Positions 50,443 to 62,767 of a stretch of DNA of 64,000 bases are shown here, piece after piece; within the stretch, counting starts at the first letter, position 1, and each line of letters opens with the position of its first letter. Both the position numbers and the translations under genes were made by a program. Source of the DNA: Octopus sinensis (lineage: Eukaryota); assembly GCF_006345805.1 (NCBI RefSeq), contig NC_043006.1:33232001-33296000 (forward strand). The letters run 5' to 3'. The notes beneath the pieces are model-generated. The model saw only the letters and a list, made by a program, of their open reading frames with translations, was not told the DNA's origin and did not search any database.

Positions 50443-50838
50443 AGGCGGCGAGCTGGCAGAAACGTTAGCACGTCGGGCGAAATGCGTAACCGTATTTCGT
50501 CTGTCGTTACGTTCTGAGTTCAAATTCCGCCGAGGTCGACTTTGCCTTTCATCCTTTCGGGGTCGATTAAATAAGTACCAGTTACGCACTGGGGTCAATA
50601 TAATCGACTAACTCCGTTTGTCTGTCCTTGTTTGTCCTGTCTGTGTTTAGTCCCTTGTGGGTAGTAAAGAAATAGGCATTTCGTCTGTCTTTACGTCCTG
50701 AGTTCAAATTCCGCCGAAGTTGACTTTGCCTTTCATCCATTCGGGGTCGATAAATTAAATACCAGTTGCGCGCTGAGGTCGATCTAATCGACTGGCCCCC
50801 TCTCCAAAAATTTCAGGCCTTGTGCCTAGAATAGAAAA
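50443..50838 (+). mobile_element. Family-1 SINE dimer (head + tail unit)
   Basis: Same architecture as 28294-28690. Confidence 0.9.
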
Positions 50839-51741
50839 AACTATTTTTATAATAAGAAATTGTGGGATTTCATTGTAATGTTGTCGTTTTCATCGTCCAG
50901 CCCTGATCGATTGGATCTTATGATCAAAAATGTTCCAGTCAAAAACGAACTTTTTGTTTCTGGCACAATGTATCTAGGGCTACAATATCCAGGGTTATCC
51001 TTCCTTGTATCAAGAAAGGAAGGAAAATCTCTATGACCCTCAATTTTTCAGAGCCTACGATGGGAGGCCCTGACAGGAAGAAATTTATCCTCAAACCAGT
51101 GAGCAAGTCTCAAAGGTAACTATTGTGTAAACCCTAAAATCAACGAAGGACCAGGTAGGAGTGTTGAACCAGGTGACAGATTACGTCTACCTCCCCTAAC
51201 AACAACTCAGAAAGCAAAAATCCGAAACAGTTTCTACAACACTTGCTCAATGCTCTAACAGCCTCACCAATCCGTTAACCTGGTTTAGTTGTATTTCATT
51301 TGTCGACCTCAAAAAGGATCAAAGTTGACTCCGGCAAGATTCGAACTTGGAGCGCAGATAGAACAACTTCAGAGCGGTATTTTGCTCTCCGCTCTAACGA
51401 ATCTCATACCTCGCGGCCATATTGTTTTTTTTTTCTTTTGTAAATTAATTTGTTATTGTAGTAGTAGTAGTTGTTTTCATATTTCTTGTCTTCATTGTTG
51501 CTGTTGTCACTCTTACCGCTATATTTGTAGTTGCTGCTGCTGTTGCATTTACTGCTGTTGTTGCCACCAAATAATCTGTTTGTTCAGATTATTCTTGCTG
51601 GTTCGTTTCCCCTCTTTCTTATGGACATCTTTTGTGAGATTTGCATTGTTGATGATGATGTCGTTATTGTCGTCGTGCTGCAGTCACTGGTGTGTGTATG
51701 TTTGTGAATGTTTGTGTGTATGTGTTTCTTCTCAGATTCTG

Positions 51742-52072
51742 AGACAAGATGTATTCACAAGTTCCACTCGTATATAATGCTTCGGTAAAAATGGATAAGA
51801 CAAAGATTATGTCTTCAATTCAACTACAGAATTCTGCTCTTTTTCTAAACGAAATTGAAAACGAAGCTTTTTTCGCAATACACGTTAAAGTATCTCGCAG
51901 AACCTGAAGAATCTACCAACAAACTTAGGAAAAAAGTTCTAATGTATCCAGCTAAATTAGGATAGACTGCTCCAATTGTAAAAGAGATTCGACTTGTGAT
52001 TAAGAATATTTTTGAAGAATATGAAGAAATTATTACGCAGTGCTGTCTCATAAAACCACTTCATGATTGATA
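51742..52072 (+). pseudogene. Coding-like plus-strand island with one frameshift and one stop
   Basis: After a TTCTTCTCAG acceptor: MYSQVPLVYNASVKMDKTKIMSSIQLQNSALFLNEIENEAF, a shift in a T6 run, then QYTLKYLAEPEESTNKLRKKVLMYPAKLG*TAPIVKEIRLVIKNIFEEYEEII. Family not recognised. Confidence 0.3.
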
Positions 52073-52344
52073 ATGTTGTTGTTGGTGGTGGTAACACTGC
52101 GAGCAAAGACAGCTACGTTGGATTAGATTTTTTCTATATCATTAACGCCAGGGAAATCAGAGTGGAGCCCTGACTCGATGGATCTCTGTAATTGAGAAAG
52201 GATTTCCAGTTTATGTTATGTTGTGGCCCGCGAGCATGTCCTGACCAAGAAGACTTATGACAAAAGACAACCCATCTTATTAACTGGAACTATATTTTCT
52301 AATGTATCCATCGTTATTTAAAACTATGCGGTATATTGGCGCAG

Positions 52345-52705
52345 GCGTGGCTGCGTTGTAAGAAGCTTGCTTCTCGACCTCATGGCCCCAGGTTCAATCC
52401 CACTGCGTGACACCTTGGGCAAGTGTCTTCTATTATAGCTTCGGGCCGAGCAAAACCTTGTGATTAGATTTGGTAGACGGAAACTGAAAGAAGCTTATGT
52501 ATGTATGCTGGTCCCTCACCACCGCTTGACAACCGATGTTGGTTTGTTATACGTCTCCGTAACTTTACGGCTCGGCAAAAGAAACCGATAGAACGACTAC
52601 CAGGCTTCAAAAATAATAAAACTTGGGGTCGATTCATTCAACTAAAATTTTCCAAGGCGGTGCCCCAGCATGGTCACTGTCAAATGACTGAAACAAGTGG
52701 AAGGT
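52345..52705 (+). mobile_element. Family-2 SINE
   Basis: GGCGCAGGCGTGGCTGCG head, CCTTGGGCAAGTGTCTT and GGTGCCCCAGCATGG...GAAACAAG tail. Confidence 0.85.
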
Positions 52706-53581
52706 GAAAGGTATAATTTAATGAAGATTTTTGGCTGCTATTTCTAGCAGACTGATCGACTATACTGAGGGCTGCCTTGTTGACTTCGGAAAGGGGTAGT
52801 TTTATATTGATATCGATTCGACCAAATGCGCACCCTCCTTTTAAAGTTTGGCCTTGGGTGTTGGTCACCGCGCTGCTGTTAACCGCCATCTTTTCCTCGT
52901 CTTAATTGATTATCGTGATTATTATTTATTATTGTTATTCTTACAGAAGAGAAGGCGACAAGCTGGCAGAAACGTTAGCGCGCCGGGCGAAATGCTTAGC
53001 AGTATTTCGTCTGTCTTTATGTTCTAAGTTCAAATACCGCCGAGGTCGAGTTGCCTTTCATTCGATTAACTAAGTACCAGTTACGCACTGGGGTCGATCT
53101 AATCGACTTAATCCCTTCCCCCAAATTTGAGGCCTCGTGCTTCCAGTAAAAATGATTATTCTTTTCGAAGACAAATTCAATTGTGGGATGTCCTGTCATT
53201 TCTCAATGGCGTTCATGACCTGAAATGATCGTGGCCCAGGGGTTAGTGCTGCACTAACAATCCTAAGATCGTGGTTTCCACTCTTGGACCGGGCGGTGCG
53301 TTGTATTCTTGAGCAAAACCCTTCATGTCATGTTATTCCAGTCTACTCGTCTGCAAATGAGTAACCCTGCACCGGTCTGGAAGCGAAGGGAGGGAAGTTG
53401 TGATCTCGGTCACTTTAGTCGCCTTGGAGACAAAGTAACTGGCCCTGTTAGTCCTAAAAATCGAGACATTAAAGTCCAGGGATTGTTGTAGTTGCTAATG
53501 ATGATGATGATATTGCCTAAGAAAAATAACTAAAGCCGGCAGTCAAAACTCGATTCGTAGTTTCATTTGCCAAGAGCTTAC

Positions 53582-53730
53582 CTTTTTCTCTTCGACACAA
53601 TTCTATTCAAAAATACTGCGGTCCTTCGACTGCACATTAAAGGTGTCACTTTCGAAGCGGATGGGATTTATAGTCGTCATACATTTTCCTCAACTATTCA
53701 TGATGTAAATGAAATTAAACAATTTTGAAG
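53582..53730 (-). pseudogene. Candidate decayed exon with strong splice sites
   Basis: TTTTCATTTCAG|C acceptor and AAG|GTAAGC donor, 149 nt. Best frame ASKLFNFIYIMNS*GKCMTTINPIRFESDTFNVQSKDRSIFE*NCVEEKK; could equally be a non-coding exon. Confidence 0.3.
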
Positions 53731-55094
53731 CTGAAATGAAAACTTGGTTATGATTGCGAATTTTCGCAAACTTTCGGCGTCCCCTAATGTTTTGCTGTTT
53801 CTTATTTTAAATAAGATTGATTTCTTGCATAAGCATTAGGCCTGAGATTAAAAAAGAGTGCGAAATAGGATTGTATTAAGTTTATATCTTTATCAGGTAT
53901 ATTTTGGTGTAATCCATCCATCCATCTTTTCCACCCACAAAACCGGTGAGGATAGAGTTCTCGGGCACCTCTTCCATAGAGTCTTGTCAGAAGCAACTGC
54001 CGTAACACTTATTTTATTGTTAATCCTGGAAATTTAAACTCGATTGTGGAATCGATTGGTCCAGTGCTCGCCTACAATTGTACAGTGTTTGCAAAAACAA
54101 AAAAAATTAAAAACTAAATGTTATATATGATACAGGAACCCGGTTTTACAAAGTCCCTGTCCGTTCATTCTGTGGTCCTCCACCCGTCCTCGAGACGTGA
54201 TGATTGTCACAGAATTACTCAAACAAAACCCCGTCATTAAGGACTTAGAAGCGCTTCTCCTCGCCACTCCAGACTAACGATGATTATACTGTGGTACAAC
54301 TGTTTATAGAGAACAATGAACTGTACTTACTCATAACATCTATTTACTACAAAAGAGGTTGATTCAGCGAGTGTTAAGTTAAAATGCATTTGCCATAAAC
54401 ACGGAGCAGATCCAATAACAAAATACGAACCATCAGGCTTCGTTTTATTAATTTAACTCTCTATTAATTTGTCCTTTAGCTGCTGATGATTAGGTGATTA
54501 AGATAATTTAATTAAATTTGACCTTGGGAATCAGGATTAACAGTTATAAACATTCATGCTAAAAAGTATCTTGTGTGAAACCGTATATTTCGATGAGAAA
54601 TTTTGTAATAATCGGCGAAAAAAAGTTGCTTGAGAGAAAAACCATTATTTCTTAATTTAATTCATAAGTTAATTTTCCGAACTATTTGATTATATTAGCC
54701 AGAAAAATAACTTAATGTGATTGGTTATAGATAATTTCCTTTTATATGATCTAATAATTGTATATTTGATTGCTGCGGTAAATTGTGCAGATATAAAACT
54801 CAAAGCAATAACAACAACAGCCATAAAGATCCGAATATGTTTTTTTTTTTGTTTTTTGTTTTTTTAGATTTTTTTACTGACTTCATTGTAGCAGTTCTGA
54901 GTTATTTTATTGTATTATATATGACACTTAATCATAACAGAGAGCTAATAAGAAATCCTACTTGTTTTACTAACAGTAGTAGCTCGTGACATTGATTTAG
55001 TGCATTCAGACTTCATGTCGATCATTATTAGTTATCTTCCGAAAATATAAGTTATGTAGACAATATATAAGTTAATAAATATTGCTATGAATTG

Positions 55095-55520
55095 CTATAA
55101 ATTAATAGTTGTAGTTACTAAAGAAACACAAAACGATATAATTTTTTTGTACGCTTCTCTTCTTTGAGAGAAAAAGAAACTATTTTGTCCAATTGTGGTG
55201 GGTTTGAGTACATTAAGTGCGATATTTCCAGTGAAGAGTCGACAGTTTGTATGCAGCAACAGGCGGTACGCTAACTCAGTCAATCTAATCAACCTGATTG
55301 TATAGTACAGGCTTAGTTCACCGCTGTCGACGAAGGGAGCACTGTGTAATCCATAAGTGATTCAGCAACAATACCGAGTTCTCTGGCTATGAAGGAAGCT
55401 CGACTTTAGCCATTCAAGCACCAACATGCGCCCAACAGTACTACACGAAATCTTGACCAAATTCTTCAACCACATCATAACCTCGGCTCAACAAATGCCT
55501 TGTAAGTGACACGTCTAAGA
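55095..55520 (-). pseudogene. Candidate decayed cadherin-repeat exon
   Basis: About 140 codons with 2 TGA stops, including ITYGLHSAPFVDSGELSLYYTIRLIRLTELAYRLLLHTNCRLFTGNIALNVL, resembling the cadherin pattern ITY.I...F.ID..SGEI.L...LD.E....Y.L.V...V.V. Confidence 0.4.
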
Positions 55521-55761
55521 CAGAAACTATCGGAGATTTGCCGAAATTCTAGAAAAAACAAGTTGCCTTGTAAGTGCCATCACTTACATACATGTACATG
55601 TAGACACAAATGTGTGTGTGTTATACATAAATACATATACACATACATATATGCGTGCACATGCACAAACATGTATGTTCTCGAGAGAGTGAAAATGAGA
55701 TAAATAATAATTTCTTGTTACCATTTCCCTTTCTACTTTGGCAGAGTACAAATTTTCTATT

Positions 55762-56211
55762 CTTAAACAAGAACTTATTGACAGTCTTCGAAGTTTCGGC
55801 GAGTTAAGCCATCGTCAGACTACGATGTATTGAAGTTAATCTTGGTATTTTTTTATAGTCTCTGGTGAGTTAAAATCATCCTTGGGTGTGTAATTGGATT
55901 TTAGGTGGATTGTTATGGAGAGGTGTATTGGAGAATCTTTTTAAAATTAATTTTGGGGTTATGTCATTGTTTAGAATTTATCAATGCGTGTAGTACTTTG
56001 TAAGCAGGTGAGAATATTTCTCCAAGATGCCTCTCCATAACAACCCGCCCTAAAATCTAATTACCACCCTACTCGAACCCACACACCAAAGGATGACTTT
56101 AAATCAACAGTGACTACATAAATCCCAAGATTAATTTCAAAGCATCGCAATCCGACGATGGCTTAACTGGCTGAATCTTCGAAGTCACTGTCAATAATAT
56201 TCTTGTTTAAG
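55762..56211. mobile_element. Inverted repeat (about 130 bp arms) carrying two degenerate hammerhead copies; Penelope-like remnant
   Basis: CTTAAACAAGAA...ATCATCCTTGGGTGTG pairs with CACACCAAAGGATGAC...TTCTTGTTTAAG. The minus arm has CTGACGA T GGC TTAACTC GCC GAA ACTTCGAAG. Confidence 0.7.
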
Positions 56212-56865
56212 ACTAGTATATATTTTTATAAGTGACCAATACCGTGTGGCAGGATCAAACCAAGAGCAACATGTTTCCAAAGCGAATTGCCTCATGCAAT
56301 GAGTTTATAGTGTTCAAACGTGGTTTACAGAGCGTGTGTGGAGGTGCAATAGCCCAGTGGTTAGGGCAGCGGACTCGCGGTCGTGGGATAACGGTTTCGA
56401 TTCCCAGACCGGACGTTGTGAGTGTTTATTGAGCGAAAACACCTAAAGCCCCACGAGGCTCCGGCAGGGTGTGGTGGTGAACCCTGCTGTACTCTTTCAC
56501 CACAACTTTCTCTCTTTCTTCCAGTTTCTGTTGCCCCTATATTTCGAAGGGGACCAGCCTTGTCACACATGTGTCACGCTGAATTTCCCCCAAGAACTAC
56601 ACGTTTCTGTGGAGTGCTCAGCCACTTACACGTTAATTTCATAAGCAAGCTGTCCCAGTTGATCGGATCAACTAGAACCCTCGTCGTCGTAACCGACGGA
56701 GTGCCACGACGACGACAGTATGTGTGTGTGTGTGTGTGTTCATGTGCGTGTGTGTACAGTTCAAATATTATTTAACTGTATTTGTATATTTTTCAATTAC
56801 GATTTCGCCACGTTTATATATTGTTCAGATACGGCTCTACTTTCCCCCTATCTATCTATCTTTCT

Positions 56866-56916
<51 letters not shown>

Positions 56917-57544
56917 TCACTCACATTCTCTGTATTCCTCTGTGTGTGTGTGTTTGCGCATTGTACACAATGCGCCTCTGATACGGTTTGCTTTAACGTA
57001 AGGTTTCCTCTTTAAAATGTCTCTTATTGAATAAAGTTTGCGTTGCCATAACTCCTCCTGTTTGTTGTATTATGGCTCCGATTAACGCTGTTCCGCATGC
57101 TGCTGTTGGTGCTCTGCTGGTGATGGCGACAGTGGATTGCTGTTTAACACCGAGGTCGACCTTGATCGAGAAGAAGGGCGAAGGCATTCTTGCTGTGATT
57201 AGCATGTCTTATTCAAAGCATTGCTTTTTTGTAACGTAACACAGCGTAGTTTGAAGGAGATTTTGGTAGTTATTTCTAGCAAGTGGAGCGACTACATCGA
57301 GGCTCAGTAGTTGTGTTAATTCTTTAGCATAGATTTCTGTGACAAATATATTTTCTAGAACAATAATTCAACAGCTGCCCTACTTTCAAGTTTTTATAGC
57401 AATTAAATTTAATTTGTTTTCCTTTTGCTGCCGTACATGATGTTGAATTATCCTATTTATGAATCTTTCGTCAAAGTTATTGTGTTTTTATTAGATTTTT
57501 ATAGTAGACACTTTGTTTCTTTTCTATCTTATAAGTAATTACAG

Positions 57545-57648
57545 CGTGAAACCTATTTCGAAAATATCTGCAGACAAATCGTAAAGAGAGAAATACTACA
57601 CAATAAAATCAGTTTGAACGAAATTTTGACCGACATAGAAACCGACAA
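57545..57648 (+). CDS. Candidate internal exon, unidentified
   Basis: Pyrimidine tract then AATTACAG| acceptor, open frame RETYFENICRQIVKREILHNKISLNEILTDIETD, AA|GTAATA donor. No family recognised. Confidence 0.2.
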
Positions 57649-58744
57649 GTAATATGCGATGACAATGTAAAAGCTTTGTTGCGACAGCCTGAGTTCCTGT
57701 TTAACAAAAGAACTTTGGATTGGTTTTGCTCGACTACTTGACAAGAAAGTTATCGTTTTCCTCAATGAAGCATATCAATGAAATTTGCTCATTATATTTA
57801 ACAAGCATCGTCATTATATTTAACACACTGTCATTATATTGTACACACACCGCCATTATATTTAGCACTTTGTCAAGCTAGCTTGTAGAGGTATTAGAGC
57901 ATTGGAAAAACTACTTTGCGCTATTTTTTCCGCTCCATTACGCTCTGAAGTTCAAATTCCTCCGAGGTCGATATTTCCTTTTCATCCTTTTGAGGTTGAT
58001 AAAATTAGGACCAATTGAGCACTGGGGTCAATGTAATCGTCTTACCCTTCTGCCCTCGAAATTTCAGGCCTGGTGGTCAGGATGCTGCACTCAACAGAAG
58101 CGCGGTACGGAACAACAGTTCTGTCAATGGCCACAACCGACGGGCATTTTTCTCGTTGATAAATTCTAAATAATTGTCTGCTACTATTTTAAGAATCATC
58201 CTTCTCAAAAGACAGAGAGAGATACTTACATACACAATTATCGTTATGTTAATCAGACTTGTACACACACACACACACACACACATGCATTCACTTCTCC
58301 ATCTTTTCACTCGCATTTACAAATATATATACATTCCAAACCAACTCTTCTTATACTTAGACACACGTGCACAAACATACACTCGCATATACTTATGTAG
58401 AATATGTCTTCTTTCATACGTCATATAAACACTAACTTGAACGAAGACGTCGTTAAAAGTTCCTTTTATTCAGATATTTTTCGGTTTTTTTTCCCCCCGA
58501 ATGTAAGAGAATCTCTTCATATCTTCTGAATAATAATCAATCGTTCTCTGAAGGTTTCTAATGAATGCCCAAAACTGTTAGTATCAAAGAAATTCTCACT
58601 CTCGCTGCGCAGTATGGCTAACCAATTCCCGCTGAATATTAACATTACTTAGACATCGAATTCTGATTCATGAAAAGAACTACAGTGCTTACCAAAATAA
58701 AGTATGTGCGACGGAACCAGATTTGTATTCATGTAAAAACAAGG

Positions 58745-58793
<49 letters not shown>

Positions 58794-58794
58794 C

Positions 58795-59165
58795 CTGCTG
58801 GTGGTAAGAAACCTGCTTCCCAACCACATGGTTCCGAGTTCATTTCCAGTGTGTGGCACCTTGGGCAAGTGTCTTCTATCATAGCCTCTAGCTTACCAAA
58901 TCATTGTGAGTGGATGTGGTACACGGAAACTGAAAGAATCCCGTCGTGTGTATGTATGTGTGTGTGTGTGTGTGTCCCACCATCGCTCGATACCAATGTT
59001 GGTGTGCTTACGTCCCCGTAACTTAGCAGTTCGGCGAAAGATCCATAGCATAAGCACTGGGTTTACAAAGAATAAGTCCCGGGGTCGATTTGTTCGATTA
59101 AAGGCGGTGCTCCAGCATAGCAGCAGTCAAATGACCGAAACAAATAAAAGGATAAAAGAACTCAA
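58795..59165 (+). mobile_element. Family-2 SINE
   Basis: Same head, body and tail as 60317-60705. Confidence 0.85.
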
Positions 59166-60316
59166 TACAGGAATAATAAGAGCCTCCCCTACTTGACGCG
59201 TCTCTTGGTGTGGCATTAGTGAATTTAGGCAGCGATAAGGGTATCTTCGTTGAGCTGATGTATTATCATTTTCAATCAATTACCATCATGGTTTAAGATT
59301 GGCGCACATCGCATACCTGTAAGACTGTTTAAGGCATTGACACTTCCTTTTAAGGCAAAGATGACGTGAAACATGAAACGAAACCGCCTTGAAGACGGAA
59401 GTCACAGCGAGGTTATCTCTTGTGTACTGCGCTAATCAGTTTTCACTTTAATTACCATAATTATTTTCCACTCGATATACTTTACGGCAACAGTGACTTC
59501 CACTTACACGCGGCTTTCTTTTGGCCAAGCTTTATATCTTTGTTGAGATTTGAGCATTCATACCTTTCCCAAAGATATGAATCACATATGGGAAGCACAA
59601 TGTTTCCTGTGATTTGAAACCGTTTCACACTCTAAGACAATCCTAGATCTTAATGCGCTCCCAATAGCACTCGCCACTTTCCTCCACGTAAATATAATTT
59701 CTGTGATGTTTTTCTCGATGCAAATACCCTGTCTTTCAAGTAATTGAGATCTTTTTGAAACACCTTTTACAAAAAAGACTTTCATTACAGATTAAATCTT
59801 GTAAACTCATTTCACCAGGGGGCCGAAACTCACGACATGTGTTCGATTTTCTGTGGGCTTCTTTTGATGTTTGTGACTCTCATTGGCTATTGAATTTTGC
59901 TAATAGTAAATCGAAATTTTTTCCGATAGTAAATCAGAGACCATCTTGCTTTGGATTACTGACACGAACTGAAAAGTACAAGGAAATAATTGAATTCAGA
60001 CGCCTCGGGTGTGAATTGAAATTTTAATCACAGACTCGATTTAGTAGCAGCTTACGACTATTTTACTATTCTTACTATCACTCAACTACTCTCCAACACA
60101 AATTTACCCACTTCGTTTCAGGTGCACGCCAGATTCTCTAGCATGGAATAATGATTTATATTATTGGCACAATGCCATGCATTTAGTAGAACAATGTAGA
60201 AGAGAAATATTCGACCGGATTGACACCAGTATATTCCTGGTACCTATTTTATTGATTCTGAAAGACGAAAAGCACAGTTGATAGTGATGAGATTTTAACT
60301 TCAGATTCATCAACTG

Positions 60317-60705
60317 GCGTAGGAGTGGCTGTGTGGTAAGTAGTGTGCTAACGAACCGCATGGGTCCGGGTTCAGTCCCACTGCGTGGCACTTTGGGCAA
60401 GTGTCTTCTATTATAGCCTCGGGCCAACCAAAGCCTTGTGAGTGGATTTGGTAGACGGAAACTGAAAGTAGCCCGTCTTATATGTGCGTGCATATGTGTT
60501 TGTGTGTCTGTGTTTGTCCCCCCAACATGGCTTGGCAACCGATGTTGGTGTGTTTACGCCCCTGTAACTTAGCGGTCCGGCAAAAGAGACCGATAGAGTA
60601 AGTACTAGTCTTACAAAGAATAAGTACTGGGATCGATTTGCTCGACTAAAGGCGGTGCTCCAGCATAGCCGCAGTCAAGTGACTGAAACAAGTAAAAGAA
60701 TAAAA
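60317..60705 (+). mobile_element. Full-length family-2 tRNA-headed SINE (best copy)
   Basis: GGCGTAGGAGTGGCTGTGTGGTAAG...GGGTTCAGTCCC head, CTTTGGGCAAGTGTCTTCT core, internal (TG) tract, tail GGTGCTCCAGCATAGCCGCAGTCAAGTGACTGAAACAAGTAAAAGAATAAAA. Confidence 0.9.
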
Positions 60706-60875
60706 TAATAACGAGGAGGAGGATGCGAGAATGGCTTCCGTTTGTAACTGGTATTTACTCCATCGATTTGGGAAGGAGAAAAGTTAAGTGCCACCGCGTG
60801 ACTTTTTGGGAAAGTGCCTTTTCCAACAGCCCCGAGCTGACCAAAGCCTCGTCGGCGGATTTGGTAGACGGAAAC

Positions 60876-60909
<34 letters not shown>

Positions 60910-61039
60910 ACTCTCTCCTTACATTGACATCGCGTGATAGTTGTAAACGAATGTCACCGTCATGTAAGTCTCTTTTGCTTCCAATCTTCCATGAAAACAT
61001 GTCTGGTCATAAGGAAATTTTACCTTACTTGAAAAGAAA

Positions 61040-61143
61040 CAAAGATCAGCGATAGGAAGGACATCAGGCCGTAGAAAATCCATCTCAAGAAACCTTGTTC
61101 GACCCATGCCAGCATCGAATAGTGGACGTTAAAACTATGATGA
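61040..61143 (+). mobile_element. Short RTE 3'-UTR remnant with (ATG)n tail
   Basis: GATAGGAAGGACATCAGGCCGTAGAAAA...CCATGCCAGCATCGAA...ATGATGAT, matching the element at 9075-9200. Confidence 0.7.
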
Positions 61144-61511
61144 TCAAAAATAAAACTCAATGCCGACATGATTTTGAACATGAAATTAATGGGCGAAATA
61201 AAGAATTTGATGCCATTTTCAACATCGTTCCACAGATACTGCTGCACATCATCCTTTTCCTGTCTTACATCAAACGTGTATTTCAATTTCCTACGCCATC
61301 TTTGAACAACGAATGCTGTACGCTTTAATCTTCCATACCAATCTCTCCTTTTGCATTCCATCCTACTCCGTTTTTTACCATCTTTGTTCTGTCTTCACAA
61401 GTATCTTCAACAAGCAATTCTAAGCAACCAACAACAACAATATTAACAACATCGTGCGATTTTCTTATATATTACTACATTCGCATATTTTACTTTTCGG
61501 ATGTAAAGATG

Positions 61512-61544
<33 letters not shown>

Positions 61545-62612
61545 GTGGTTTCAAATTTTGTCACAAGGGCAGCGATTTTGAAGGGAGGGGGATGAGTCGA
61601 TTACATCAACCTCAGTGATTCTTGTTCTATCGACCCCGAAAGGATGAAAGGTAATGTCGATCTCGGTGGAACTTGAACCCAGAACATAAATATCTATTTC
61701 TTTACTACCCACAAGGGGCTAAACACAGAGAGGACAAACAAGGATAGACAAACGGATTATGTCGATTATATCAACCCCAGTGCGTAACTGGTACTTATTT
61801 AATCGACCCCGAAAGGATGAAAGGCAAAGTCGACCTCGGCGGAATTTGAACTCAGAACGTAGCGGCAGACGAAATACCGCTAAGCATTTCGCCCGGCGTG
61901 CTAATGTTTCTGCCAGCTCGCCGTCTTAATAATGATAAAAAATCCTTTCTACACTAGGCACAAATTCTGAAATTTAGGGGGAAGGTGCCAGTCGATTAGA
62001 TCGACTCTAGTACGCAACTGGTACTTAATTTATCGACCCCGAAAGGATGAAAAGCAAAGTCGACCTCGGCGAAATTTGAACTCAGAACGTAGCGACGGGC
62101 GCAAGTACTTCGTCCAGCGTACAAACGATTCTTCCAGCTCGCCGCCTTTCACTGCCTTATTAATAATCTTTTCTACTCTAGGTACAAGGCCCGAAATTTT
62201 GGGAAAGGGGCCCAATCGATTAGATTGACCCAGTACGCAACTGATACTTAATTTATCGACCCCGAAAGGATGAAAGGCAAAGTCGACCTCGGCGGAATTT
62301 GAACTCAGAACGTAGCGGCAGACGAAATACCTCTAAGCATTCCGCCCGGCCTGCTAACGTTTCTACAAGCTCACCGCCTAATAATAATAATAATAATAAT
62401 AATAATATAGAAGAAGGGAGATTAAATGACGTAATATTGGTTTCAAATTTCGGCACAAGGCCAGCAATTTCACGGATGGGGGAGTAAGTCGATTACATTG
62501 GCCCCACTGTTCGACTGATACATATATCGACCCGGAAGGGCGAAATGCAAAGTCGACCTCGGCGGAATTTGAACTTCAGAAGGTAAAGACGAACGAAATG
62601 CCGCTAAGCATT
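61545..62612 (-). mobile_element. Cluster of family-1 SINE dimers and monomers (about 5 cores)
   Basis: Repeated GAAAGGATGAAAGGCAAAGTCGACCTCGGCGGAATTTGAACTC with heads at about 61920, 62145 and 62378. Confidence 0.9.
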
Positions 62613-62767
62613 TTATAATAATTCTGCCATGGGTTTATTCTTTAAACTGCATCCGATAATGGTGGGGTCTGGTTTGGGTGTATCAGGGCTATTATTCCCA
62701 GGTTACTTTCACCCGTAGTAGTAGCAGCAGCAGCAGCAGCAGCAGTTAGGGTCCAAGCTGAGGGTTC

